Part shown: one piece after another, positions 9,733-19,274 of the stretch
Layout of the letters: every line of letters starts with the position of its first letter
Numbering within the stretch: the stretch's first letter is position 1
Assembly (NCBI GenBank): GCA_964608495.1
Contig: CAZSOQ010000003.1
Location: 1 to 49,573 of the forward strand
Length of the DNA: 49,573 nt
From: an uncultured Armatimonadia bacterium
GTDB taxonomy: Bacteria > Armatimonadota > Zipacnadia > Zipacnadales > FEN-943
Reading direction: 5' to 3'
Program-made: the position numbers and the translations under genes
The notes under the pieces: generated by a model
Told to the model about the DNA's origin: nothing
Seen by the model: the letters and a program-made list of their open reading frames with translations, nothing else
Database searches by the model: none

Positions 9733-10617
9733 TCAGTCGAGCGGCGCCGTGATGGCGTCCCGGATGTGCTGGCTCGCGGTCGCAGGCAGGACCGACAGGT
9801 CGAGCTCGAGCCAGGCCGTGGGCGTCGGCCCCCTGAGCCAGCCGACCCGCGCGCTGGTCGCGACGCCCAGGAGCCTGCGGGAACGATCCGCGCAGAGCCC
9901 CGTGGCGTCCATCAGCGTCTGGACCATGCCGGTCTCGGCACGCTCGACCGCCCCGTCGAAGCTGTCACCCCATCCGACGATGAAGAACCTGTCACCCCGA
10001 AGGCCGTAGGGCGTGGGTAGGCCCAGGCCCGCGACGCGATGCACACGGAGCGTGGCCACGGCCGCCACCTCGAGGCCCTGGCCGCTGATCTCGCCGTCGC
10101 CCATGACGGCGTGGACGTCCCCCAGGCCCAGGCCCACCTCAGGGGCCCGCGCCAGGAAGCAGACGGTTGCCCCCGGGCCGATGATCGTGCAGTCCAGGTT
10201 CCCGCCGTGGTCACCCGCGCGGAGGGTGTCGAGAGGGCCGTCGGCGGGGGCAACCCCGATCGTGCCGACGTTGGGCGCCAGCGGCAGACCCAGGCCCGGA
10301 GCGTAGATGGCCAGCCCGGCGCACGGGTCCAGGGGAATCTCCGTGAGCGCGTCCCTCGTGCCCACGAAGCTGTTGCCGACGGGCTCGACGCTGAGCAGCT
10401 CCACCGCCACCGTCTCCCCCACCTCGACCCCCGTCACGGCCAGGGGCCCGGTGACAGGGTTGGGGCCGAGCTCGCGCTCGGGGACGGCCGCCGCGGGGAA
10501 GCCGCCGAAGCAGTCGCGCAGCTCCACGGCCACGGTCTCGCCCGGGTCCACGCGGTGAGGGAAGGCGATGTCCGGCGAGAGCACGTCGGATACCAGGTCG
10601 CAGGCCAGTCTGCGCAT
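9733..10617 (-). CDS. Acetamidase/formamidase family protein
   Basis: NPVTGP, DHGGNLD, LGDVHAVMGDGEISGQGLE motifs. Confidence 0.88.
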   Translation of the reverse strand: MRRLACDLVSDVLSPDIAFPHRVDPGETVAVELRDCFGGFPAAAVPERELGPNPVTGPLAVTGVEVGETVAVELLSVEPVGNSFVGTRDALTEIPLDPCAGLAIYAPGLGLPLAPNVGTIGVAPADGPLDTLRAGDHGGNLDCTIIGPGATVCFLARAPEVGLGLGDVHAVMGDGEISGQGLEVAAVATLRVHRVAGLGLPTPYGLRGDRFFIVGWGDSFDGAVERAETGMVQTLMDATGLCADRSRRLLGVATSARVGWLRGPTPTAWLELDLSVLPATASQHIRDAITAPLD

Positions 10618-10678
10618 GAGCACCCCTCGCGAGCCGCAGGAAGTGATATCGCCGACCGTCCCGCCGGATCGGCGGCGC

Positions 10679-11482
10679 CTAGACCAGGCGCTGACCGTGG
10701 GCCTGCTCCCAGCGCCGCCGGTCGTTGACGGTCTGCAGGTCCACGAGGTGGTCCCAGCCGAGGCCGGCGGCGGCCATCAGCCTCTCGCAGAAGCCCAGGT
10801 TGCCCACGGCGCCGCAGGAGTGGGCATCGCTGCCCACCACGAAGTTGACGCCCTCGTCGGCGAACAGGCGCAGGACGGGAACGATCTGCTCGACGTAGTC
10901 CTCGACCGACAGGTCCGGGTGCCACCAGAAGGCCTGGTTCATGATCTCGTAGGCGCAGCCGTGGGCCGCCATGGCTTCGGCGATGCGCCTGAGCATGTCG
11001 CGGGGGAGATCCTCGGGATTGGCGCAGGCCGGGAAGCGGCCCAGGTTGAGGGGATGGGCCACCGCGTCCACCACCGGGTTGGCGGCGGCGGCGCACATCG
11101 CGCTCTCGACGTTGTTGAGGAAGCCCTCGACGGTCGCGGGCGGATTGGCCCCGATCCCTTCGGACCGGCCGCCGAAGTCCGCGAGGACCCAGCGGAGCAG
11201 GCGGGCCTGGTCGCCGCCGATGCTCACTTTGCCCGCGGGATTCAGAATCACGGCCTCGGCTCCTGGGACGACGGTGATGAGGCTGGCGGCGTCAGCCTGG
11301 GCGATGGCGCGGACCCAGTCGGCCAGGGGCTCGTCACCCCAGAAGTGGTCGGTGATCGCCACACAGGCCAGGCCCACGGCCTCGGCGCCGCGGACGCACT
11401 CGATCAGCGAGTTGCGTCCGTCGGAGTTGGTGGTGTGGACGTGGGCGTCGTAGGGCAGCCGGCTAGAAGCCCGCGCGGACAT
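10679..11482 (-). CDS. PHP domain metal-dependent phosphoesterase
   Basis: DAHVHTTNSDG, AITDH, GAE, AHP, EIMN, GSDAH motifs. Confidence 0.88.
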   Translation of the reverse strand: MSARASSRLPYDAHVHTTNSDGRNSLIECVRGAEAVGLACVAITDHFWGDEPLADWVRAIAQADAASLITVVPGAEAVILNPAGKVSIGGDQARLLRWVLADFGGRSEGIGANPPATVEGFLNNVESAMCAAAANPVVDAVAHPLNLGRFPACANPEDLPRDMLRRIAEAMAAHGCAYEIMNQAFWWHPDLSVEDYVEQIVPVLRLFADEGVNFVVGSDAHSCGAVGNLGFCERLMAAAGLGWDHLVDLQTVNDRRRWEQAHGQRLV

Positions 11483-12260
11483 CGCGTATGGCCTCCCGGA
11501 GAAGGTCCCTGGTGGCCCGCAGCGCCTGCCTGGCGACCTGGACGGGGTCGTCGAAGGGGCCGAAGAGGTCCAGCGTGAGGACCCCGCGGAATCCGGCGCG
11601 CCACAGGTCCAGGACGACGCCTTTCAGGTCCATGTCGCCTTGGCCGGGCAACTGGTGGCGGTGTTCGCCAAGCGGCATGTCCTCGAAGTGAGTGTGGGCA
11701 ATAACGCCCTCGAGGGCGCGGATGGCCGCGCCGAGGTCGGGCTCGGTCAGGAAGGCGTGGCCGACGTCGAGGTTGACGGCCAGCGAGTGCGCCGGGCAGT
11801 CCGCCAGGAGCTTGAGGGCATCGGTGACATCCGCGACGAGCAGGCCCGGCTCGGGCTCCATGGCCACCACGACGCCGATCTCCTCGGCGGCGCGGGCCAC
11901 GTCGCACAGGTGGGCCGTCACCTCGGCCGCGTCGGCCTCGGGCGAGGGTGGCGGAGTGTTGAGGACTACGGTGTCAACGCCGAACCAGGGCGCGCCCCGC
12001 ACGGCGGCCGTCTGGCGGGCGGCTCGCCCCTGCCACTCCACGCGGTCGCCGTGGTAGCTGAGGGAGTGCAGGTCCAGGCCCCACCTCTGCGCAGCCTCCA
12101 GCACCTCCGCCGCCTTCCGGGGCGTGAGCCGCAGCGGGTCCAGATCCTCCCGCTCGAGGCACAGCTCGAGGGAATCGTAGCCCATCGGGCCCAGAGCTCT
12201 AAAGGTGTCGGCCAGGCTCAGCTTGCCGAAGCTCGCGGTACGGTATCCTACACGGTACAA
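11463..12260 (-). CDS. Sugar phosphate isomerase/epimerase (AP-endonuclease-2 / xylose-isomerase-like TIM barrel)
   Basis: MEPEPG, NLDVGH, HTHFED, HQLPGQG motifs; AAGGAG RBS before the TTG. Confidence 0.85.
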   Translation of the reverse strand: MYRVGYRTASFGKLSLADTFRALGPMGYDSLELCLEREDLDPLRLTPRKAAEVLEAAQRWGLDLHSLSYHGDRVEWQGRAARQTAAVRGAPWFGVDTVVLNTPPPSPEADAAEVTAHLCDVARAAEEIGVVVAMEPEPGLLVADVTDALKLLADCPAHSLAVNLDVGHAFLTEPDLGAAIRALEGVIAHTHFEDMPLGEHRHQLPGQGDMDLKGVVLDLWRAGFRGVLTLDLFGPFDDPVQVARQALRATRDLLREAIRDVRAGF

Positions 12261-12320
12261 GGGCGGATGCTCCTTCGGCAGGGCGTGTTACGACGCGGGC
12301 GGGTGGGGCGGCCGTGGCTG

Positions 12321-12992
12321 CTACCAGGCGCGGCGCTTCCAGCCGTGCTCCCCGACGCAGGGGACGAAGACACAGCCGATGGTCTTGGTCACCTCGAGCT
12401 CCCCGCCGCGTCGGATGCCGACGACACACTGCTGGACGCCCCGCCGCCCGACGGGCGCGACGATACGGCCGCCCTCCTTGAGCTGCGTCGTCAGCGGCGG
12501 GGGGATCTCGGGGCAGGCGGCGGCGACGATGATACGGTCATAGGGAGCCGCCTCCGCGTGGCCCAGAGTGCCGTCGCCGAGGATCACGCGGATGTTATCA
12601 TAACCGATCTCGCCGAGGACCATCCTGGCGCGGCGGGCCAGGGGCTCGATGATCTCGACGGCGTAGACTTCGGCGCTGAGCTCGCTGAGCAGGGCCGCCT
12701 GGTAGCCGGAGCCGGCACCCACCTCCAGGCAGACGTGATCGTCATGGACATCGAGCATCTCCAGCATAACAGCGACCATATAGGGCTGAGAGATGGTCTG
12801 GCCGTAGCCGATGGGCAGGGCGCGGTCGTTGTAGGCCGCCTGGATGAGCTCCTCGGGGACGAATCGGTGGCGCGGGACGCGGGCCATGGCCGTGAGTACC
12901 CTCTCGTCACAGATGCCGCGAGCGCGGAGCTGGTGCTCGACCATGTGCTGACGCTGGGCCTGGTAGACCTTGTCCGTGTCCTCGGTCCTCAC
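12321..12992 (-). CDS. pcm: Protein-L-isoaspartate(D-aspartate) O-methyltransferase
   Basis: VPRHRFVP, ALPIGYGQTISQPYMVA, LEVGAGSGYQAA, APYDRIIVAAA, FVP. An alternative GTG start exists at 13010. Confidence 0.95.
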   Translation of the reverse strand: MRTEDTDKVYQAQRQHMVEHQLRARGICDERVLTAMARVPRHRFVPEELIQAAYNDRALPIGYGQTISQPYMVAVMLEMLDVHDDHVCLEVGAGSGYQAALLSELSAEVYAVEIIEPLARRARMVLGEIGYDNIRVILGDGTLGHAEAAPYDRIIVAAACPEIPPPLTTQLKEGGRIVAPVGRRGVQQCVVGIRRGGELEVTKTIGCVFVPCVGEHGWKRRAW

Positions 12993-13223
12993 CGTAGATC
13001 CCTGCCTCACCCGGCGAGGTTGACAGGCGGCCTCAGCCCGGTCCGCTAATGTAGGCTCAAGCCCACGCCTCGGGGCCCGCCCGGGCCCTGCGCGCGGCCG
13101 GCCTCAGGGGCAAGAAGGGGTCCGAAGCACCCCTTAGCGACGCCGGGACCCCCGCACTTGCGCGAAAGACCAGCCCGCCCCACAATAGGTAGGCTGCTGC
13201 CGACAACGGCTCGGCGGCGGGAG

Positions 13224-14540
13224 GTGATTGCCCGCTTGTTCCGGTCACCGGTGCGCCACGCGGCTAACCACACCGCGCCCGACGAGTCGGACGTCGCCCT
13301 GGCGCTATTTCGCAGCGCCTTCGTTGTGGCCTTCTCGGTCACAGCCAGCGCGAGCGGCACCGGTCGAGAGGCGATGGTGGCCTGGACGGGAGTTGGGCTC
13401 GGCGTAGCGTATACGTTGGTAGTCTTCGCTGTGTGGTGGCGGCAACGCGCGCCCGTCGTATGTCAGCGTCCTGCCTCCCTGTTGGTGGACATTATACTGG
13501 TCAGCAGCATTATTGCCAGCTACGGTTACGCCGGGTCGGGCGTGAAGGACTGCTACTACGTCATCATCTTCGCCGCGGGCATGTGGTTCCGACTGGCCGG
13601 CGCGGTCATCGTGGGCGTCCTCGCCTGCGCGGCTTACGTCTTCGCTTACGGCTATGGGACCGGCCTGTCGCTCTCGCCGGCCTCGGCGGTGCGGGTGATC
13701 TACGAGAGCGGCGCGATCTTCATGCCGGCCGCGGGCTTCATCATGGGCGTGCTGTTCACCGCCTATGCGCGGGAGATGCACCGACTGGCCGAGATTGACC
13801 ACGAGATAGACCTGGCCCGCCGCCTGCAGGACGACCTGCTCCCCCCTTCCCCACCCGAGCTGCCGGGATGGGAGATCGCCGCGGCCATGAAGCGGGCCCG
13901 ACAGGTGGGCGGGGATCTCTACACCTTCCACACCTACCCCGACGGGTCGGTTTTGCTGGCGATGGCCGACATGGCGGGCAAGAGCGTGCACGGGCTCGTG
14001 CACCTGTCGCTGCTGCACTCCCACCTGAGGGCCGCGGTCGAGGTGACGGAGGACCTGGCGTCGCTGGCGCAGGAGCTGAACGTGCGAGCCTATCCCGAGC
14101 TCCAGCCCGACAGCTACGCCGCGGCCGTGCTGGTGAGGGTACCGCCGGACGGCGGGGAGATCAGTTATGTGAATTGTGGGCACCTGCCGCCGCTCGTGGT
14201 GACTGGCAGCGGCGAGGAACCGGTGCCCCTGAGCACCGGCGACCCCATCATCGGGGCTGAAAGGGACCACGTCTACCGCGAGGAGCGGGCGCTGGTCGAG
14301 CCGGGAGCGCTGCTGGTGTGCTATACCGACGGCCTGGTGGAGACGCGCAGCGCGACGGGACAGATGTACGGTGAGGAGCGGATGCGGCGTTTCGTCAGGG
14401 AGCACGCGCACCTGTCACCCGAGGAGATGTGTCGGGCGCTGCTCGCGCAGGTAGCGGAGTTCAGCGAGGCGTCGCCCCACGACGACCAGACAGTGGTGGT
14501 GCTACGACGTCGGCCAGTGGGGCAGGCGGCTCAGAGCTGA
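13224..14540 (+). CDS. Membrane-bound PP2C/SpoIIE (RsbU-like) Ser/Thr phosphatase
   Basis: Several N-terminal TM helices; ARRLQDDLLP, VGGDLY, ADMAGK, NCGHLPP, YTDGLVE, DDQTVVV. The start is uncertain (13158-13236). Confidence 0.88.
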   Translation: MIARLFRSPVRHAANHTAPDESDVALALFRSAFVVAFSVTASASGTGREAMVAWTGVGLGVAYTLVVFAVWWRQRAPVVCQRPASLLVDIILVSSIIASYGYAGSGVKDCYYVIIFAAGMWFRLAGAVIVGVLACAAYVFAYGYGTGLSLSPASAVRVIYESGAIFMPAAGFIMGVLFTAYAREMHRLAEIDHEIDLARRLQDDLLPPSPPELPGWEIAAAMKRARQVGGDLYTFHTYPDGSVLLAMADMAGKSVHGLVHLSLLHSHLRAAVEVTEDLASLAQELNVRAYPELQPDSYAAAVLVRVPPDGGEISYVNCGHLPPLVVTGSGEEPVPLSTGDPIIGAERDHVYREERALVEPGALLVCYTDGLVETRSATGQMYGEERMRRFVREHAHLSPEEMCRALLAQVAEFSEASPHDDQTVVVLRRRPVGQAAQS

Positions 14541-14553
14541 GGGGCCGTGCGCG

Positions 14554-15171
14554 CTAGAAGCAGCGCAGGATGCCCACGACGCGGCCGAGCACCTGAACGT
14601 CGCGCGCGAAGATGGGCTGGAAGTCGGGGTTCGACGGGCGAAGCTCCACGTTCTCCTCGTGGCGGATGAACCGCTTCACGGTGGCTTCCTCCCCGAGGAG
14701 GGCCACGACGATGTCGCCGGAGTCGGCGGCGTCCAGGCGCTGGACGATGACCAGGTCACGGTCGCGGATGTCGTCGCCGATCATGCTGTCGCCGCGCACC
14801 TGAAGCAGGAACAACTCGCCGCTGGGCAGGAAGTCGTCGGGCAGAGGTAGGATCTCGTCCACGTTCTCCTCCGCCAGCACGGGCAGGCCCGCCGCAACGC
14901 GGCCGACCACCGGCACGAGTCGCGCTGGGCGCTGCTTGCCGTCGCCTGCCTCGCGCAGAGGGCGCATCGCGCGGGTGAGCAAGGGAGCCCGCTCGAGGTA
15001 GCCGGCATCCTCGAGAGCCCGCAGGTGGAAGTGGACGGTGGACGTGGACCGAAGCCCGACGGCCTTGCCGATCTCGCGCACGGTGGGAGGGAAGCCGCGG
15101 TCGGCTATCATGCGCTCGATGAAGCCCAGGATCTCTCGGCGCCGAGTCGTCAGCCTTCGCTGTTTCGCCAT
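14554..15171 (-). CDS. lexA: SOS repressor LexA
   Basis: GFPPTVREIGKAVGLRSTSTVHFHL winged HTH; VAAG cleavage site; GDSM catalytic Ser; ATVKR catalytic Lys; GGAGG RBS. Confidence 0.96.
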   Translation of the reverse strand: MAKQRRLTTRRREILGFIERMIADRGFPPTVREIGKAVGLRSTSTVHFHLRALEDAGYLERAPLLTRAMRPLREAGDGKQRPARLVPVVGRVAAGLPVLAEENVDEILPLPDDFLPSGELFLLQVRGDSMIGDDIRDRDLVIVQRLDAADSGDIVVALLGEEATVKRFIRHEENVELRPSNPDFQPIFARDVQVLGRVVGILRCF

Positions 15172-15212
15172 CGCTGTCGTGCCTCCCGGTGGACCTTGGG
15201 GCCTTGGCACGT

Positions 15213-15255
15213 AGGGTAGCACACGGCGGCAAGGAAGTCAAACGCCAGTTCGACT
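15213..15255 (-). promoter_or_regulatory. lexA promoter (TTGACT-N17-TACCCT) overlapped by a putative SOS box
   Basis: AGTCAAAC-GCCA-GTTCGACT at 15236-15255 is an 8-4-8 palindrome with one mismatch. It matches the GAAC-N4-GTTC (Cheo box) type and overlaps the -35. Confidence 0.75.
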
Positions 15256-15394
15256 TGTCCCGCCGCGAGCCCCGGCAGGTGGTAGGCCGGACGGATTGGG
15301 TCTTCGCCTCGTGGAGAGATGCGCAGGGGGCCCGGCGGCCGACGGGTCGGCTCCGATCCGACGCACGGAGTACGGGCGCAGGGAGCGTCTGACA

Positions 15395-16132
15395 GTGAGG
15401 CCTGAAGAGATCGAGCGCATGTACCGCCTCGAGGATACCTACTGGTGGTTCATCGCCAGGCGGGCTCTGGTGCGCGCGCTGCTGGCGCGCGGCGGCGTGC
15501 CGGAGGGGGGGCTGGTGCTCGATGCGGGCTGTGGGACCGGCGGCACCTTCGCAGCCCTGGGCGACCGGTGGCGGGCGATGGGCGTGGACGTGAGTCCCGC
15601 GGCCGTCGGCCTGGCGAGGCAACGCGGCATGGAGCTGGCCGCCGTGGGGAACGTCGAGGCCCTGCCCCTCGTGGACTCCGCCTTCGATGCGGTGGTGAAC
15701 TGCGATGTGGTGGAGCACCTCGAGCGGGACGTGCAGGGCATGGCCGAGATGCTGCGAGTGACGAAGCCCGGGGGCCTGTTGGTACTGACGGCGCCGGCCC
15801 TGCCCTTCCTCTGGAGCGACCACGACGAGGCGCTGTGCCACCTGCGCAGGTACACGCGCAGGGAGTTGCGGGACAAGCTCACGCAGGCGGGCTGGCGGGT
15901 CGAGTGGCTGAACTACAGCGTCTCGCTGCTGCTGCCGGCCATCGCTGCCGTGCGGATCTTCCGCAGGGCGCGGCGCGGGCGCGGCGCGCCGAAGGTTGAC
16001 CTGTTCGAGATGCCCCCACTGGTCAACGCCACGCTCGAGATGGTCTGTCGCGCGGACAATTGGCTGGCCACTCGGGTGGCCATGCCGCCGGGCGCTTCGC
16101 TGGTGGCGTTGGCCCGAAGGCCCCAGGCCTAG
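15395..16132 (+). CDS. Class I SAM-dependent methyltransferase (Methyltransf_11-like)
   Basis: LEDTYWWFIARR, VLDAGCGTG, GVDVS, DVVEHL, KPGG, LWSDHDEALCHLRRY. Confidence 0.88.
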   Translation: MRPEEIERMYRLEDTYWWFIARRALVRALLARGGVPEGGLVLDAGCGTGGTFAALGDRWRAMGVDVSPAAVGLARQRGMELAAVGNVEALPLVDSAFDAVVNCDVVEHLERDVQGMAEMLRVTKPGGLLVLTAPALPFLWSDHDEALCHLRRYTRRELRDKLTQAGWRVEWLNYSVSLLLPAIAAVRIFRRARRGRGAPKVDLFEMPPLVNATLEMVCRADNWLATRVAMPPGASLVALARRPQA

Positions 16133-16176
16133 AGGTGGTCCGGGGGCCGCGCTTCGTCGCTATCGCCGCAGGGAGC

Positions 16177-16201
16177 AGGAGTCGCCGGCGACAGGGCGAA
16201 G
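16177..16201 (+). promoter_or_regulatory. SigH-like promoter motif AGGA-N17-GAAG
   Basis: (GC)AGGA-gtcgccggcgacagggc-GAAG about 30 nt upstream of the ATG at 16230; the same motif recurs in other intergenic regions. Confidence 0.4.
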
Positions 16202-16229
16202 GGAGCACCGCAGTGGGCGGAGGCCGCGA

Positions 16230-17201
16230 ATGCACGTCGGCTTGGTCGTGACAGCGCCGCCGGACGTCCTGGATCACGTGCCCCTTGCTCTCATGGAACG
16301 AGCAGGCGTGTGGGCGCTGTTTCTGCGGTGCTATGAGGACGAGATGCGGTGGCGTTCGCCGGCTGTGATGACCTTCGCCCAACGCACGCGGGAGCAGCGT
16401 CTGCGACTGTTCCTCCTCCCCGCCGGCTATGGGATCCTCGCCTGCGAACAGCACCCCTCGAGCCTGTTCCTGCAGGTGCATCCCGAGACGCGTCAGGTGG
16501 ACAACCGCGGCCGCAAGCTGCCACGGGCCTGCCCCAACAACCCGCGCTACCTGGAGTGGTTCACCACCTCGGTGCGCACGCTGGCGTGGATGATCGAGGC
16601 GGACGGGTTCGCGTGGGAAGAGCCGGGCTTCCACTTCGGCCGCGGCTCCTGGGCCTGCCGATGTCGCTACTGCCAGGAGCTCTACTCGGGCCGCGACCCC
16701 AAGCCGCTGCCCACGGAGCTCACGCCGGCCGCGGCGGCCCTGCGTCAGCAGAGCGTGGCCATGCTCGTCGCCGCGGCCAGCGCCGCGATAAAGAGCGTGG
16801 ACAGCAACCTGGCGTCGCTGGTGATGCCGACGCCGGGAGCCCAGACGGGGGCGGTGCCGACGGGCAGTGAGAACTGGCGGCTGCTGGAGTCCACGGAGGG
16901 TGTGGACGGGCTGGTGCTCACCTGGCCGCCCGAGGCCTACGGCGAGGCGGGCGTGGGCGGAGCGACGGGGCTGTACACGGCGTCGCGGGCGTGGCTGGGC
17001 GGCTCGACGCCCGTGCTGCTGCGCCTGCTCTGCCCACCGGACCTAACCGACGTCGAGATCGTGCTGCAGCAGCTCAAGCAGCTTGGGGCCCAGGCGGTGC
17101 TGCTCGAGGACGGCTCCCTGTCGCTGACCCAGGGACGTCCCGGCCGGAGGGCCGAGGAGCTGCTGGATGTGGTCAGGACCGTCACGCGGGCCGGGCGGTA
17201 G
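16230..17201 (+). CDS. Hypothetical protein, glycoside-hydrolase-like TIM barrel with a CxCxxC motif
   Basis: RACPNNPRY, DGFAWEEP, WACRCRYC resemble GH42/GHL-type barrels; GGAGG RBS. Confidence 0.6.
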   Translation: MHVGLVVTAPPDVLDHVPLALMERAGVWALFLRCYEDEMRWRSPAVMTFAQRTREQRLRLFLLPAGYGILACEQHPSSLFLQVHPETRQVDNRGRKLPRACPNNPRYLEWFTTSVRTLAWMIEADGFAWEEPGFHFGRGSWACRCRYCQELYSGRDPKPLPTELTPAAAALRQQSVAMLVAAASAAIKSVDSNLASLVMPTPGAQTGAVPTGSENWRLLESTEGVDGLVLTWPPEAYGEAGVGGATGLYTASRAWLGGSTPVLLRLLCPPDLTDVEIVLQQLKQLGAQAVLLEDGSLSLTQGRPGRRAEELLDVVRTVTRAGR

Positions 17202-17315
17202 GCGCGGATTGCGCCCTGCGCGGGAGCGACACCTCGGCCCGCGGGCGCGCGGACAGGGCCTTCGAGTTGGCACGGGAACCCACGCCGGCGAGACCGCGAG
17301 GCCTGGCCGGGCCTG

Positions 17316-18968
17316 CTAGTCCAGCAGGGCGCTGAAGGCGCCGATTGTCCAGAAGAGACGGCCAAGGTCCTGCCAGCTGAACCTGGTGCCGCGGGCGCCG
17401 ATGTAGACTATGTCCCCCGGCTTGAGCACGACACCCACGGGCGCCTTGCCCTTGCGGATGTCCCCCAGCTTCACCTGCACGTGCTCGGTGCTGCCATCGG
17501 GCCGCGGTCGGACGATGTGCACCTCGTTGGGGTCGGCACGTTCGCCGAAGCCCCCGGCGGCAACCAGGGCATCCATCAGCGGGACGCCTTCGTCGGGGCA
17601 CGGGATGGCACGGCCACCCGAACCGCTGACAGCGCCCAGGACATAAACCTTGTCGAGGGCCGGCACGAAGATCACGTCGCCGGGCTCGAGATCGATGTTG
17701 CGCTCCAGCTCCGCGTTCTCGAGCATCGCCCTGTAGTTGACCACTAGCTGCTCGTCGCCGCGGAGGATGCAGACGCGCGTGGTGTCGCCCTCGGGGGTAA
17801 TGCCCACGGAGGTGAGGATTCGCAGGGCGTCGCGCTTCTTGATCCGGCTCATGTCCAGGGAGCCGGGCCTGGCCACCGAGCCGGCCAGGAGCACCTCCTG
17901 GAGGTCGGCCTCCGGGATGACCAGGACATCCCCAGGGTTGAGGACGAGTTGGTCAGCGAGGGCGCCGGTGTCTATGAGAGCCCGCAGGTCCACCGGGCGG
18001 CTTCCCTCGCCGCTGACGATCTTGGCGTTGGACAGGTCGGCGTTGGGCAGGATCTGGCCGGCCCGCCCGAGGGCGATGAGGACGGGGACGGGCTCGCCGC
18101 TGACAAAGACGGTGGGCGCGGACACCTGGCCTACGATGGAGATGTGCTTGGCCTTGCGGACGACAACCACATCCCCGGCCTTCAGCTCCAGGTCCTGGGA
18201 CATGTCGCCCTCGCCGAAGAGCTTCTGCAGGTCCACGTTGGTGCTGCCGCCCTTCTTGTGGAGGATAACGGCGGAGGCGGGATCGGCATCGGCAGACAGT
18301 CCGCCGGCCGCGCGGCCGATGAGCTCAAGCACCGTGATGCGCTCGCCCGCCACGGGAGGGATGCTGACGGGTCGGGCGACGGCGCCCACCACGGTGATGC
18401 GGTCGCTCTGCTCGGGCACGAAGATCACATCGCCGTAGCGCAGAAGCATGGCTTCCTGGACGCCCTGAGCGGACTTCCAGCCGCTGAGGTCAAGCTGGAC
18501 GGGGTGCTTGCCAGGGCGGGTGAGGGTGACCTGGGCCAGGTCGGCGTCGGCGCGAAGGCCGGCGGCGATGACGCCGTCGAGGACGGTGGCGCCGAAGGGA
18601 AGGACTAGTGGGCCGGGCTGCTGCACGGCGCCGCCCACGTAGACCTTGCGCTCGGATTCAAGCTCGTTGATGGTGACGACGACGTGGGGGCGGCGGATCA
18701 GGCTCGAGAGGGCGACGACGATCGCCTCCTGGGCCTGGGGGACAGTGAGGTCCCCGGCCTGGACGCTGCCGATGGCCGGTATATTGATGCGCCCGCTGGG
18801 AGCCACACGGTATTGCCCGCTGAGCTCCTTCTCGCCCGTCACCTCCACCTGGAGGAGGTCCCCAGGGCCAAGGAGGTAATCAGCCCCAAGGCGCTCACCG
18901 CCCCTGGCGGTGTTCGGTAGCAGCAGACAGAGGCATAGCGCCGATAGAAGCCAGTGACGCAGCACCAT
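17316..18968 (-). CDS. Polysaccharide export protein (Wza/Poly_export + multiple SLBB domains)
   Basis: Signal peptide; YLLGPGDLLQVEV Poly_export motif; repeated VxVxGAV..P and LxxGDVIxVP SLBB units; C-terminal amphipathic helix. Confidence 0.88.
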   Translation of the reverse strand: MVLRHWLLSALCLCLLLPNTARGGERLGADYLLGPGDLLQVEVTGEKELSGQYRVAPSGRINIPAIGSVQAGDLTVPQAQEAIVVALSSLIRRPHVVVTINELESERKVYVGGAVQQPGPLVLPFGATVLDGVIAAGLRADADLAQVTLTRPGKHPVQLDLSGWKSAQGVQEAMLLRYGDVIFVPEQSDRITVVGAVARPVSIPPVAGERITVLELIGRAAGGLSADADPASAVILHKKGGSTNVDLQKLFGEGDMSQDLELKAGDVVVVRKAKHISIVGQVSAPTVFVSGEPVPVLIALGRAGQILPNADLSNAKIVSGEGSRPVDLRALIDTGALADQLVLNPGDVLVIPEADLQEVLLAGSVARPGSLDMSRIKKRDALRILTSVGITPEGDTTRVCILRGDEQLVVNYRAMLENAELERNIDLEPGDVIFVPALDKVYVLGAVSGSGGRAIPCPDEGVPLMDALVAAGGFGERADPNEVHIVRPRPDGSTEHVQVKLGDIRKGKAPVGVVLKPGDIVYIGARGTRFSWQDLGRLFWTIGAFSALLD

Positions 18969-19009
18969 AGCGTGATTCTCCGTATCTCGCCCCACGGCTT
19001 TGGTGCTCA

Positions 19010-19039
19010 ATGATAGGCGGCGCGTGTCGCCTGTGTCAA
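19010..19039 (-). promoter_or_regulatory. Putative sigma70 promoter of the polysaccharide export gene
   Basis: Minus strand TTGACA-N18-TATCAT. Confidence 0.65.
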
Positions 19040-19170
19040 GCTTGGGGAGGCCGCGGAGCCAGGTTCGGCGGCCGGAGGCGAACCTCCCTGGGCACCGGAG
19101 CGTCTTACCCAGGAGGGAACCCGAGGCCCGGCAGGGGCTCGGCCAGCGCGGCTTTGGGGGACGGTTTGGG

Positions 19171-19200
19171 TTGCTAGGGAACGCGGCGCGCTGCTATACT
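19171..19200 (+). promoter_or_regulatory. Putative sigma70 promoter of the ftsEX operon
   Basis: TTGCTA-N18-TATACT with an extended -10 (TGn). Confidence 0.6.
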
Positions 19201-19274
19201 AGCCCGGGCGCTCAAGGCAACGGCTGCAGCACCATACGGCAGCAACCCTGGCGGCTCTCATACCCAGATCACCG

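Noticed and set aside
13020-13052. TTGACA...TAATGT promoter for the SpoIIE gene
   Set aside because: The 21-nt spacer is outside the normal range.
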